From: Nitrospiraceae bacterium
GTDB taxonomy: Bacteria; Nitrospirota; Thermodesulfovibrionia; UBA6902
Length of the DNA stretch: 64,000 nucleotides
Assembly: GCA_003599275.1 (NCBI GenBank)
Contig: QZJG01000060.1
Coordinates: forward strand, 24,854 to 88,853
Reading direction: 5' to 3'
The notes below the pieces were generated by a model. That model searched no databases. It was given only the letters and a program-made list of their open reading frames with translations, and was not told the origin of the DNA. Made by a program: the position numbers and the translations under genes. Each line of letters begins with the position of its first letter. Positions within the stretch are counted from its first letter, which is position 1. Below, in pieces: positions 48,517 through 57,401 of the stretch.

Positions 48517-50427
48517 ATGAAAGCAGTCATACAAAATTCCGTCAGGCATAATCTGATACGCATTGTCGCAATTGCTGCAGGCGCTGCTTTGCTCATTCTG
48601 GTCCTTTCCGAAAGCATATACAACTTCCTGAGTTATCGTAATACAATGGCCGATAATCTCCTGACCCAGGCAAAGATCATGGGCTTAAACAGCACTGCCG
48701 CCATACTCTTTGAAGACCGGATGGACGCCGAAGAAACGCTTTCGGCGCTCGATGCAGTACCCGGTGTAGTCTATGCGGCGATCTACACAGCAAACGGTAA
48801 AACATTTGCGACATACCAAAAGAAGCGCTCTGAAGGCGTCCCTGTCCAACCGTCGCCTCAAGCGGAGGGCCACTTTTTTGAAGTCAATTATTTATCGGTG
48901 ATCCAGCCCATTATTGTCAAAAATGAGAGCATCGGCCGGATATATATACGCTCTATTCTGAAAGAGTTATATATGGATATGGCAATGCATGTGCTTATTA
49001 TAGTTGCAATCGGAATTGTGTCCCTGTCGATAGGAATACTGCTTCTGACAAGGCTGCATAAAATCATCACCGGTCCCCTCCTGCATCTGGTAAGTGTAAT
49101 GAAGACCGTTTCAGAAGGGAAAGATTATTCTCTCCGTGCCCGGGTGCAGGGACCTTCGGAGATGCGATACCTGTCTGAAGGATTCAACGAGATGCTTGGT
49201 CAAATCAGGGAAAGGGATTCAGAGCTTGAGTGGAACCGCCGCCATCTCGAAGAAACCGTCCGTATCCGGACACTGGAGCTGACGGAGACAAACGAAGAGC
49301 TGGGGAAAGAAGTTGCCCTGCGCCGGGAGACCAATGAGCTGCTGGAAAATATTTTTTCCAACGTACACGTCCTGCTCGCGTATATGGACACGGACTTCAA
49401 CTTAATCAGGGTGAACAACAGGTATGCCGAGGCCGACGGCCGTGGGCCGGAATTTTTCATCGGCAAAAACCATTTTGCCCTGTATCCGAATGAGGAGAAT
49501 GAGGCTATTTTCCGGAAGGTGGTCGAGACCGGCGAAACTTTTTTTGTAAGGGCAAAACCCTTCAGGTATGCGGAGCATCCCGAGCGCGGCACGACCTTCT
49601 GGGACTGGAGTCTGAGGCCTGTTAAGGATGAATATGGCAAAGTCACCGGACTGGTGCTCAGCCTTATCGACGTGACGCAGAATATAATGCTTTATGCGGA
49701 GCTTATGCGTGCCGACCACCTGGCGTCCATCGGAAAGCTTGCTGCGGGCGTGGCGCATGAGATCAACAACCCGATAAACGGCGTCATAAATTATGCGCAG
49801 ATATTGCTGAACAGGAGCGATACAGAGAGTAAGGAGCACGAGATCGCAGGCCGGATCATAAAGGAGAGCGACCGCATAGCGGGCATCGTCAGGAACCTCC
49901 TTTCCTTTGCCTGCGATAAGAAGGAGGAAAAGCGGCCCACGGACCTCAGGGCCGTATTGGCGGATTCACTTGCGCTTACGGAAACACAACTGATAAATGA
50001 CGGGACGAGACTGAATGTGCATATGCCCGATGATCTGCCGGAGGTCGTTGCCAATCACCAGCAGATACAGCAGGTATTTCTCAACGTCATCTCCAATGCG
50101 AGTTACGCCCTCAACCTGAAATACCCACCGGCGCATGAGGAAAAGGTGCTTGAGATAACGGGCACGAGGACGGAGCTTGAGGACAAACCATATGTGCGGA
50201 TGATATTTCATGACCACGGCACCGGCATTCCCGCCGGTATATTAGTCAGGATAATGGACCCCTTCTTTACGACCAAATACGGAGATAAAGGCTCAGGCCT
50301 GGGACTGAGCATATGCCACGGTATAATAAGCGACCACGGCGGAAGGATAAGGGTGGAGAGTACGGAAGGAGAGTATACGAAGGTCATTATCGACCTTCCG
50401 GCCCTCTTAGGGGAAGGAATATGCTGA
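48517..50427 (+). CDS. Membrane sensor histidine kinase (periplasmic sensor-HAMP-PAS-HisKA-HATPase)
   Basis: N-terminal AAILFED..AEETL.AL sensor typical of genes after yfiR; HAMP; C-terminal module duplicated from 44545-45621. Confidence 0.9.
   Translation: MKAVIQNSVRHNLIRIVAIAAGAALLILVLSESIYNFLSYRNTMADNLLTQAKIMGLNSTAAILFEDRMDAEETLSALDAVPGVVYAAIYTANGKTFATYQKKRSEGVPVQPSPQAEGHFFEVNYLSVIQPIIVKNESIGRIYIRSILKELYMDMAMHVLIIVAIGIVSLSIGILLLTRLHKIITGPLLHLVSVMKTVSEGKDYSLRARVQGPSEMRYLSEGFNEMLGQIRERDSELEWNRRHLEETVRIRTLELTETNEELGKEVALRRETNELLENIFSNVHVLLAYMDTDFNLIRVNNRYAEADGRGPEFFIGKNHFALYPNEENEAIFRKVVETGETFFVRAKPFRYAEHPERGTTFWDWSLRPVKDEYGKVTGLVLSLIDVTQNIMLYAELMRADHLASIGKLAAGVAHEINNPINGVINYAQILLNRSDTESKEHEIAGRIIKESDRIAGIVRNLLSFACDKKEEKRPTDLRAVLADSLALTETQLINDGTRLNVHMPDDLPEVVANHQQIQQVFLNVISNASYALNLKYPPAHEEKVLEITGTRTELEDKPYVRMIFHDHGTGIPAGILVRIMDPFFTTKYGDKGSGLGLSICHGIISDHGGRIRVESTEGEYTKVIIDLPALLGEGIC
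49331..50407 (+). repeat. Direct repeat copy 2 (~1.08 kb PAS-HisKA-HATPase module)
   Basis: Same length and ends as copy 1; high identity by eye (not computed). Confidence 0.9.
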
Positions 50428-51961
50428 ACGTAGTCCCCTGCCCCGGGCCGCTGTCTGCAAGCAGATAACCTTTGTGCTCCTTGATGATCCCAAATACGAT
50501 GGATAATCCGAGCCCTGTCCCTAATCCGGCCTTTTTTGTAGTAAAGAACGGGTCGAACATCTTGTCTTTTGTGTCCTGGTCCATGCCGGTCCCGGTGTCG
50601 GTGATGCTGATTTCCGCGTAATCGGCGGCAGCCGGTCTTTCATTACTCTCAACTCTTAACTCATGACTCCGGATTTTTCTTGTCCGTATGGTCAAGGTCC
50701 CGCCATCCGGCATTGCGTCCCTTGCATTTGTTGCAAGGTTCATCAGGACCTGCTCTATTTGTCCGGGGTCTGCCGTCACAATTAAATCCTCTCCCGCGGT
50801 CTCGACTGTAAATTCCATGTCTTCTTTCAGGAGCCTCCGCAATATCTCTTCCATATTGCGGATGAGGTCGTTGAGGTTTACGGCCTCGGGAAAGCTCATC
50901 CGTTTTCTTGTGTATGTGAGAAGGCCCTTTGTGAGGGCTTCTCCCTTGTCCGCAACAGACAATATCTGTCGCACGCAGTGTCCCGCAAATTCCTCGTCAT
51001 TATTTTTTTTCTGCAGGAGCTCTGCATAACCTATTATCGCGCCAAGTATGTTGTTGAAGTCGTGGGCAATGCCTCCCGCGAAGATGCCCATCGCCTCCAC
51101 TTTCCGGGTGTGCCTGAGCTGTTCTTCAATTATCTGTTTTTCCTCCTCCCTCTTTTTCAGGGATTCGGCCATGCCGTTAAATGCCTGCGCGAGCCTGCCT
51201 ATTTCATCGTCTCTTCCAGCGTATATCTTTTTGACCGAAGACCCGGCCCCCAGCGCCTTTACCTCCCCGGTCAGCCTTTTCAGCGGCCTTGTGGCCCCTT
51301 TTACCATGAAATAAGTGATGAGCCACGCGGGTATTATGAAGAACCCGAGCACTGTGAGGCTTTTGAACAATAGCTCTCTCAGATTCCTGTTCAGTATTTC
51401 CGTGGTGAGTACGGTCCGCACAAACCCTGTTACAATTTCTTTCTGAGGCGTTGGTCCCCTGTTTAAAAGCAGGTCCTCTTCGCCGGCATTATTCACGCGG
51501 GAAGTCACGGGAGCCCAGAATTCTATCCAGCCCTCTGTTTCTGAATAAAATGCCGGGCCGGACGCGCTGAGCATGTCCATCGTCTCCTTACTCATGTGCC
51601 GCAGGCCCACGGGACGCTTTTTACTGGCCGAGATCGCGGGGCTTTCTTCCGTCTTCAATTCCCTGCCGTCAACTGTAAATACCTGGACCAGTATCACTTC
51701 GTCATTTTGCAGGATCCCTCCGACGGGATATTTGAGCAGATCTTCGTTTTCCGCAAAGACGCCGAGCCTCGAATTATAGGCAAGCAGCCCCGACAGTTGT
51801 TCTCCTTCATCTATAAGGTGCTGTCTTAACAGTTGCCCCTGATTGTAGACCAGGAGTGCGGTGAAAGAGATATGGATGACTACGATGAGGCAGGTGAACA
51901 GGAGAAATATCTTTGCGCCGAAGCTTTCGCGGATGTATTTTATGAGTTTTAAATATGGCAT
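50387..51961 (-). CDS. Membrane sensor histidine kinase (HAMP-HisKA-HATPase)
   Basis: Two TMs, HAMP, AGGIAHDFNNIL, DTGTGM, FDPFFTTK..G.GTGLGL. Confidence 0.9.
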   Translation of the reverse strand: MPYLKLIKYIRESFGAKIFLLFTCLIVVIHISFTALLVYNQGQLLRQHLIDEGEQLSGLLAYNSRLGVFAENEDLLKYPVGGILQNDEVILVQVFTVDGRELKTEESPAISASKKRPVGLRHMSKETMDMLSASGPAFYSETEGWIEFWAPVTSRVNNAGEEDLLLNRGPTPQKEIVTGFVRTVLTTEILNRNLRELLFKSLTVLGFFIIPAWLITYFMVKGATRPLKRLTGEVKALGAGSSVKKIYAGRDDEIGRLAQAFNGMAESLKKREEEKQIIEEQLRHTRKVEAMGIFAGGIAHDFNNILGAIIGYAELLQKKNNDEEFAGHCVRQILSVADKGEALTKGLLTYTRKRMSFPEAVNLNDLIRNMEEILRRLLKEDMEFTVETAGEDLIVTADPGQIEQVLMNLATNARDAMPDGGTLTIRTRKIRSHELRVESNERPAAADYAEISITDTGTGMDQDTKDKMFDPFFTTKKAGLGTGLGLSIVFGIIKEHKGYLLADSGPGQGTTFSIFLPLRGPEGR

Positions 51962-51964
51962 GTT

Positions 51965-52963
51965 CTATTCCTCTCTGATTGTCTTTGTCCTCTCCGGGAC
52001 CTCTTTACCCATATTGACGCCCAGTTTTTTTGCCGTCTTCCCGTTGACCGTGACAATGGCGTCTTCTGTGTAAGTCTCTTCGATCTCTTCTGCCTCAACG
52101 CCGGACAGGACCTTCCTTGTCACGTCCCATGCATGTCTTCCCATGTCGCGGGCATCCGCCTCAAGCGATATCAGGGCCCCCATTGCGAGATATTTTTCTG
52201 AAAACGTTATCACCGGCATTCCCTGTTCAAGCGAGTAAAGCAACAGGAATTCGGTTGTCTCCGGGGTAACTACTGTAACGTCCGGCAGCATCCACAGGGC
52301 GTTTATTTTCCCGTTCATGCTGTTCAAAATTGCGGGGACGTCCTTTGAGCTCCGGACTTCCCGCGCAATCAATTCCAGGCCTGACCGGGCCGAGGCCTGC
52401 TGCGCCCTTTTTACAAAGCCGCCCGTATTGCGCGGATCAAAAAGCAGGCCGATGCTCTTTACGCCGGGCAGCGCCCTCCGTATGACGGCCAACTGTCTTT
52501 CAGGCGACGGCTGCATGCTTACTCCCGCGATATTGTCATGGCCCCGTGTCAATGTTCCGGGGTTCAGGACCATGGCATAGACGATGGGGATGTTTTTAAT
52601 GCTTCTGATTGTATTGAGCGCATCGAAGCCTATTGCAAGAATGACCCGGGGTTTGGCTTCAAGGACTTCTTTTGCGACGTCCCGGTCTTTCATCTCAGAG
52701 AGAATAAACCGCTCCACCTCGCAGTTGCAGGAGGCCGAATAGCCTTCGAGCGCGTCGTTATAGGGTTTAATATTGATGCTCTGGACAGAGACGATATTGA
52801 AGGCGGACGCGGATGACGGGAAGCTCAAAAAAAGCAGCAGAAAAGCCGCATGGAAATTCTTCCACAGCCTTTTATGTTTGCAGAATTGTAACAGATAAGA
52901 ATTATTCATGACCTGATTTAATAATAGACAAAAGGCGATACTTTCTTTAATATATTTCACCAT
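51965..52963 (-). CDS. ABC_sub_bind-type periplasmic substrate-binding protein (true start probably downstream of 52963)
   Basis: YNDALEG, LAIGFDAL, PIVYAMVLNP, IGLLFDP, ALWMLPD.TV, GALISL, VNGKTAKKLG. Followed by a kinase rather than a permease. Confidence 0.8.
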   Translation of the reverse strand: MVKYIKESIAFCLLLNQVMNNSYLLQFCKHKRLWKNFHAAFLLLFLSFPSSASAFNIVSVQSINIKPYNDALEGYSASCNCEVERFILSEMKDRDVAKEVLEAKPRVILAIGFDALNTIRSIKNIPIVYAMVLNPGTLTRGHDNIAGVSMQPSPERQLAVIRRALPGVKSIGLLFDPRNTGGFVKRAQQASARSGLELIAREVRSSKDVPAILNSMNGKINALWMLPDVTVVTPETTEFLLLYSLEQGMPVITFSEKYLAMGALISLEADARDMGRHAWDVTRKVLSGVEAEEIEETYTEDAIVTVNGKTAKKLGVNMGKEVPERTKTIREE

Positions 52964-53080
52964 GGATTGAGTTACTCTCCAAAATGAAAAAGAGCTTACT
53001 CATACTGTAAAAGACAGACTCAATAAAAAGATAGCTGTCAAAATTGACAGGTACCCCGCTGAAAGGAGAGAGAAGCAGAT

Positions 53081-55066
53081 ATGGATGTGAAAAGGACCTG
53101 CCGCGCTGATTCAGTCTGTTCCCGTCTTCTGAAATTCTTTTTTTTGTTATCTGTGATAACTCTGCCCGCCGTTGTCTTTGCCCAGTCTGAAGAGGAGAGC
53201 AGGATGCTTCAGATGTACTTCAAAGAAGATGAACTTGTCGAAGCTCCCACAAGGACCCCGAAGCCGCTCTCGAAGGTCGCCGAAAATATCAGTATAATCA
53301 CCTCGGAGGAGATAGAGGCGATGAACGCGCATACCGTCACTGAGATACTGGAAAGGGTGACAGGCTTGTTTGTCGAATTCTTCGGGCATGACTTTGGAAG
53401 CGGTTCAAATCTTTATATCGAGGGGTCCAATGAAACTCACGTCCTTGTGCTGGTGGACGGGACCCCGTGGAATTTCCTCAGCGGAGGGAATGCTGCGGTC
53501 AATTCGGTCCCTGTAAGGACAATCAAGCGCATCGAGGTCATAAAAGGCCCTGCTTCATCGGCATGGGGATCATCATTGGGAGGCGTGATAAATATAGTGA
53601 CAAAGGACACCGGGGACGATACGGTCCCGTCAGGCTCGCTGGGCGCATCCATAGGGGAAAGAGATACACATGATTACACTGCTGAAGTCACGGGCAGAGC
53701 GGGAATTGCCGGATACTATTTATACGCAGGCAGGCAGGGCTCGAACGGCTTGAGAGACGAGAGGTTTTTTGAAAACGACAGTTTTTACGGAAAGATCGAT
53801 GTCCCCTTTTCCTCAGATATAAAGCTCCTGCTGACTTCCGGATATAGCGGGCCTCGTTTAAATACCGGTGATCTCATAAGCTCTGATTTGACGTCAATCG
53901 ATATCACCCGCGCATTTTTTACGACAGCGTCTGTTGCTGCCGGTATCACCGATGAGCTCAGGTTCGAGGCGTCCGTTTACAGGTTTGAACAGAAATTTGT
54001 GCAGGACAATGTCGTCCTCGGAACAGGGCTATTGGACCCTGCCGAATCTGCCGGAGACAGGTTTTCAAAAATTATATACGATGAAAAGACCGATGGTGGA
54101 AGCGCAAAGCTGGTCTGGACCGATGCCGTTCACACTGCCGTCATCGGCGCAGATGTCAGCCACGGCAAGCTGGACCAGACCATCAGGGCCGGGACTGTCC
54201 TGCAGTCCATGGGTGTGCCGGAGGTGGACAGAACGCATCCCGGCATCAGTAAATGGGCGGTCTTCTTTAATGACACAATGTCATTCGGAGATTTTTCAGT
54301 TACCCCCGGCATCAGGTACGATGAAAACAATGTCAGCGGAGAGTTTACGAGCCCGAGCCTCGGGGCCACATATAAAGCCGGCAAACGCACGGTACTCAGG
54401 GCCTCTGTTGCAAAGGGCTTTACCTCGCCGCCCCTTTCTTTTACTTCGGGAGGCGGGGTGTTTCTTGACCCTAATCCAAATTTAAAACCGGAGAAGGTCT
54501 GGTCTTATCAGGCCGGGGCCGAGTCACAGGTGACGGATTTTTTACGCGCAAGGGTCACAGTCTTTCATCACGACATGAAGAATGCGCAGGTGAAAGTATT
54601 ATACGCTGCGGGCGCCCCTACATATAACGACCTGTACTTTAATCTGGGTGAGATTAAACGGAACGGCGTGGAACTCGATGCGGAGACAGCTCAATTTTAT
54701 AACGTGTCCATGAAGGCTGGGTTTGCGTATGTCCGCAAAGAATCTTATCTTGAAACTGACACCTCCGAAGAAAGTACGATATATAACTATATGTATAATC
54801 TTTCTGCAAGATACGATGACAGGAAAACCTTTTCAGCGCAGCTTGACGGACACTATGTTTGGTGGGACTATAGCTCCTCATACATGGCAAAATATGATAC
54901 GTTTATCTGGGACCTAAACCTCAGGAAGAAAATTTATTCCGGAGGCAGTATGAATACGGACATATTCATGACAGCCCATAATCTCTTCAACGGCTCCCAT
55001 TATACACTCGGTGAGAGGCAGAACCCGCGCAGATGGATCGAGGCGGGATTGAGTTTGAAGTTTTAA
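53081..55066 (+). CDS. TonB-dependent receptor (plug + barrel)
   Basis: Signal peptide, ENISIIT.EEIEAMNAHT, VLVLVDG, RIEVIKGPASSAWGSSLGGVINI, C-terminal LKF. Confidence 0.9.
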   Translation: MDVKRTCRADSVCSRLLKFFFLLSVITLPAVVFAQSEEESRMLQMYFKEDELVEAPTRTPKPLSKVAENISIITSEEIEAMNAHTVTEILERVTGLFVEFFGHDFGSGSNLYIEGSNETHVLVLVDGTPWNFLSGGNAAVNSVPVRTIKRIEVIKGPASSAWGSSLGGVINIVTKDTGDDTVPSGSLGASIGERDTHDYTAEVTGRAGIAGYYLYAGRQGSNGLRDERFFENDSFYGKIDVPFSSDIKLLLTSGYSGPRLNTGDLISSDLTSIDITRAFFTTASVAAGITDELRFEASVYRFEQKFVQDNVVLGTGLLDPAESAGDRFSKIIYDEKTDGGSAKLVWTDAVHTAVIGADVSHGKLDQTIRAGTVLQSMGVPEVDRTHPGISKWAVFFNDTMSFGDFSVTPGIRYDENNVSGEFTSPSLGATYKAGKRTVLRASVAKGFTSPPLSFTSGGGVFLDPNPNLKPEKVWSYQAGAESQVTDFLRARVTVFHHDMKNAQVKVLYAAGAPTYNDLYFNLGEIKRNGVELDAETAQFYNVSMKAGFAYVRKESYLETDTSEESTIYNYMYNLSARYDDRKTFSAQLDGHYVWWDYSSSYMAKYDTFIWDLNLRKKIYSGGSMNTDIFMTAHNLFNGSHYTLGERQNPRRWIEAGLSLKF

Positions 55067-55078
55067 CCGTCTGTTTTC

Positions 55079-55681
55079 TTGTTAAGGTCAAATATGACTC
55101 CGACGAGCAGAAAAAATCTCCGGACCTTTGCTGCTGCCAATTCGATCTGGGCAATCGTTGGAGGTATTATGGGGCCCTTTTACATCCTGCAGGTAAACAA
55201 CCTTAGCGATGGGATGGAAAAGATGGGCTTTGCATTCAGCATAATGATACTCTTCAGGTCTGCGTCCTCATATGTCACGGGCCGGGTATCGGACAGGTGC
55301 GGACGAAAGGTTTTTCTGTTCCTTGCGGCTTATATCCAGGCGATTGTCATTTTCCTGTATACCGTTATTACAACAACCTCTCACCTGTTTATCCTCCAGG
55401 CGCTGATGGGTGTGACCGATGGGTCTCTTACTACCATTAAAACCTGTCTTCTGGGCGATATTACCAGGAAAGAAAAACGGGGGACCGTTGTCGGCGGGTT
55501 TGATGCAGTTGTCAGTTTGTCGTCCGCAATAGGGTTGGCACTGGGGGGGTATATTGTGAAATTTTACGGATTGAAATCGGTCTTTTACATAACATCGGTA
55601 GTCATTGTGCTCTCAACGGCAGTATTGTTTTTTATTAAAGAAGACGCTGAGGCAGCAGTTCCCCCTGAAAAAACTTCTTGA
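55079..55681 (+). CDS. Half-size (about 6 TM) MFS transporter
   Basis: MFS motif A-like GRVSDRCGRK, six hydrophobic segments, 200 aa. Confidence 0.7.
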   Translation: MLRSNMTPTSRKNLRTFAAANSIWAIVGGIMGPFYILQVNNLSDGMEKMGFAFSIMILFRSASSYVTGRVSDRCGRKVFLFLAAYIQAIVIFLYTVITTTSHLFILQALMGVTDGSLTTIKTCLLGDITRKEKRGTVVGGFDAVVSLSSAIGLALGGYIVKFYGLKSVFYITSVVIVLSTAVLFFIKEDAEAAVPPEKTS

Positions 55682-55706
55682 CATCCAATTACTACCTTAT
55701 TAATAT
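55678..55706 (+). promoter_or_regulatory. Putative sigma70 promoter of the precursor peptide (TTGACA-N17-TAATAT)
   Basis: Perfect -35 overlapping the MFS stop codon, 17-nt spacer. Confidence 0.55.
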
Positions 55707-55756
55707 AAGTAACCTGCCTTAGCAGGGGATCGGTATTTCCATAAAAGGAGGGAGCC

Positions 55757-55858
55757 ATGGAAAGAGAAGAGATCATAATTCTGGATGAAGGTATTGACTT
55801 GCGGGAGGTAGGGCCTGACGGCCCGTGTTGTTCTACTACAACCGCACCTATAAGATAG
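55757..55858 (+). CDS. RiPP precursor peptide, geopeptide-like (MEREEIIILDEGIDLREVGPDGPCCSTTTAPIR)
   Basis: Not in the ORF track. Strong RBS AGGAGGGAG; acidic leader I-I-L-D-E-G-I; CC core; directly upstream of a radical SAM/SPASM gene. Confidence 0.85.
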   Translation: MEREEIIILDEGIDLREVGPDGPCCSTTTAPIR

Positions 55859-55862
55859 TACG

Positions 55863-55894
55863 AAAGTGGGAGGGAGGAAGCTCTCTCCCACTTT
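55863..55894 (+). terminator. 14-bp hairpin (AAAGTGGGAGGGAG-GAAG-CTCTCTCCCACTTT) between precursor and maturase
   Basis: Read directly; one G-U pair, short U tract. Confidence 0.65.
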
Positions 55895-55915
55895 TAGCAG
55901 GTTTCTCCAAAAAAG

Positions 55916-57229
55916 ATGAAACTCTCCCGATACCTTAAAATCTACCCCTTCGACGAAAGACCCGGCTATCTCCTGCTTTACTCCACAAAAAAGTCATCAA
56001 AGATACTTCTCAGGGAGGAGACTTACGATTCAATAATCAACGGCACGCTGTCTCCTGAAAACGAGGCAACACTGTCGAGACTCGGGATGATCGTTTCAGA
56101 CCTTGAACTCGAAAGAAGGGAAGTCCTCGGCCTGATCGATGAGATCAATGCAAAGAATGCCAGGCTGAACCTGAGCGTTATCATGAACCTCGACTGCAAC
56201 TTCAACTGCGTGTACTGTTACGAAGGCGGCATGAAGGGCAAGTTCTATATGACCGATGAGACGGCGGGGCTCCTTCTTGATTTTGTTAAGGACCGGTTCA
56301 CTCCCGGCAAGAAAACCATACATATGGATTTTTACGGCGGAGAGCCGTTGCTGAGCGCAAACCTCATCAAATCCATCTCGATGGAGATGAAGTCTTTTGC
56401 AGAAAGCAGAGGCGCAAGATACACTTTCACTCTTGTTACCAACGGCTCTCTTTTAAAAAGGCGCATCGCGGAAGAGCTGACCTCGCTGGGACTTAAGGGA
56501 GTAAAGATGACCCTTGACGGCCCGCCTGAAATTCACAACTCCTGCCGTCCCTTTAAATCAGGCGCGGGCAGCTTTGACGCCATTGTCGAAAACATTAAAG
56601 AGACACATGATCTCCTGAAAATCGGCATAGGCGGCAATTACCGCAAAGATAACTTTGAAAAATTTCCGCTGCTGTTCGATTATCTCGAAAGGGAAGGGCT
56701 CACTCCCGGCAGGATACACGAATTGAAATTCGAGCCTGTAATGAACAGGCCCGTGGATGAAAACTCGCCTGATTATATGGACGGCCTCATGTCCGTAAAT
56801 GAGCCGTGGGTGATAAGCGCAGGCGCGTTTTTGAGGGGAGAAGTTTTGCGAAGGGGCTACGGTACTCCGAAGATCAACCCCTCGCCCTGTCAGGTTGAGA
56901 TTAATGACTCTTATGTAGTGAATTTCGACGGCGTCATCTATAAGTGTCCTGTCTTTATCGGAAAGAAGGGTTTTGAGACAGGAGACCTCCGGAACGGCGT
57001 TACGGATTACAGCGATTCGCACAGGCCCGGCATTTACAAAAATGATGAATGCGCTGAATGCGGGTATCTGCCGCTCTGCTTCGGCGGCTGCCGTTATATG
57101 TCGTATGTCAGAAACGGGAATGTAGAGAGCGTTGACTGCAAGAGACCTTACTTCGACGCCGTCCTTGAGACGATGATAAAACAGGACATAAAGTTTCTCT
57201 CCTCCCGGTCAACCAAATCCAGCGATTAA
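55916..57229 (+). CDS. Radical SAM/SPASM peptide maturase (geopeptide-maturase-like)
   Basis: MKLSRYLKIYP...GYLLLYST N-terminal extension (possible RRE), CNFNCVYC, FYGGEPLL, SPASM cysteines PC...YKC...CAECGYLPLCFGGC...DC. Confidence 0.9.
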   Translation: MKLSRYLKIYPFDERPGYLLLYSTKKSSKILLREETYDSIINGTLSPENEATLSRLGMIVSDLELERREVLGLIDEINAKNARLNLSVIMNLDCNFNCVYCYEGGMKGKFYMTDETAGLLLDFVKDRFTPGKKTIHMDFYGGEPLLSANLIKSISMEMKSFAESRGARYTFTLVTNGSLLKRRIAEELTSLGLKGVKMTLDGPPEIHNSCRPFKSGAGSFDAIVENIKETHDLLKIGIGGNYRKDNFEKFPLLFDYLEREGLTPGRIHELKFEPVMNRPVDENSPDYMDGLMSVNEPWVISAGAFLRGEVLRRGYGTPKINPSPCQVEINDSYVVNFDGVIYKCPVFIGKKGFETGDLRNGVTDYSDSHRPGIYKNDECAECGYLPLCFGGCRYMSYVRNGNVESVDCKRPYFDAVLETMIKQDIKFLSSRSTKSSD

Positions 57230-57244
57230 TTGCACCCCTCCATT

Positions 57245-57319
57245 GTCATTGCGAGGTCGATACGACCGTGGCAATCTACATATAAAAAGGCAGGATTGCT
57301 TCGCTTCACCCGCAATGAC
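57245..57319. repeat. Palindromic element GTCATTGCGAG...GGCAATCT...GATTGCTTCGC...GCAATGAC
   Basis: Same family as 32336-32478. Confidence 0.8.
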
Positions 57320-57347
57320 AATCTTTATCTCTAAATTTGAGATCAGC

Positions 57348-57375
57348 TTGATTTAATACGACAGTTACTTATAAT
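57348..57375 (+). promoter_or_regulatory. Putative sigma70 promoter (TTGATT-N16-TATAAT)
   Basis: Perfect -10; 26 nt upstream of ATG 57402. Confidence 0.5.
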
Positions 57376-57401
57376 AAACGTATTGATCTTTCTTGCTGCA
57401 T

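Noticed and set aside
55826-55831. Selenocysteine in the precursor (selenobiotic-type peptide)
   Set aside because: Both core cysteines are TGT codons and the ORF ends in TAG, so there is no UGA to recode.
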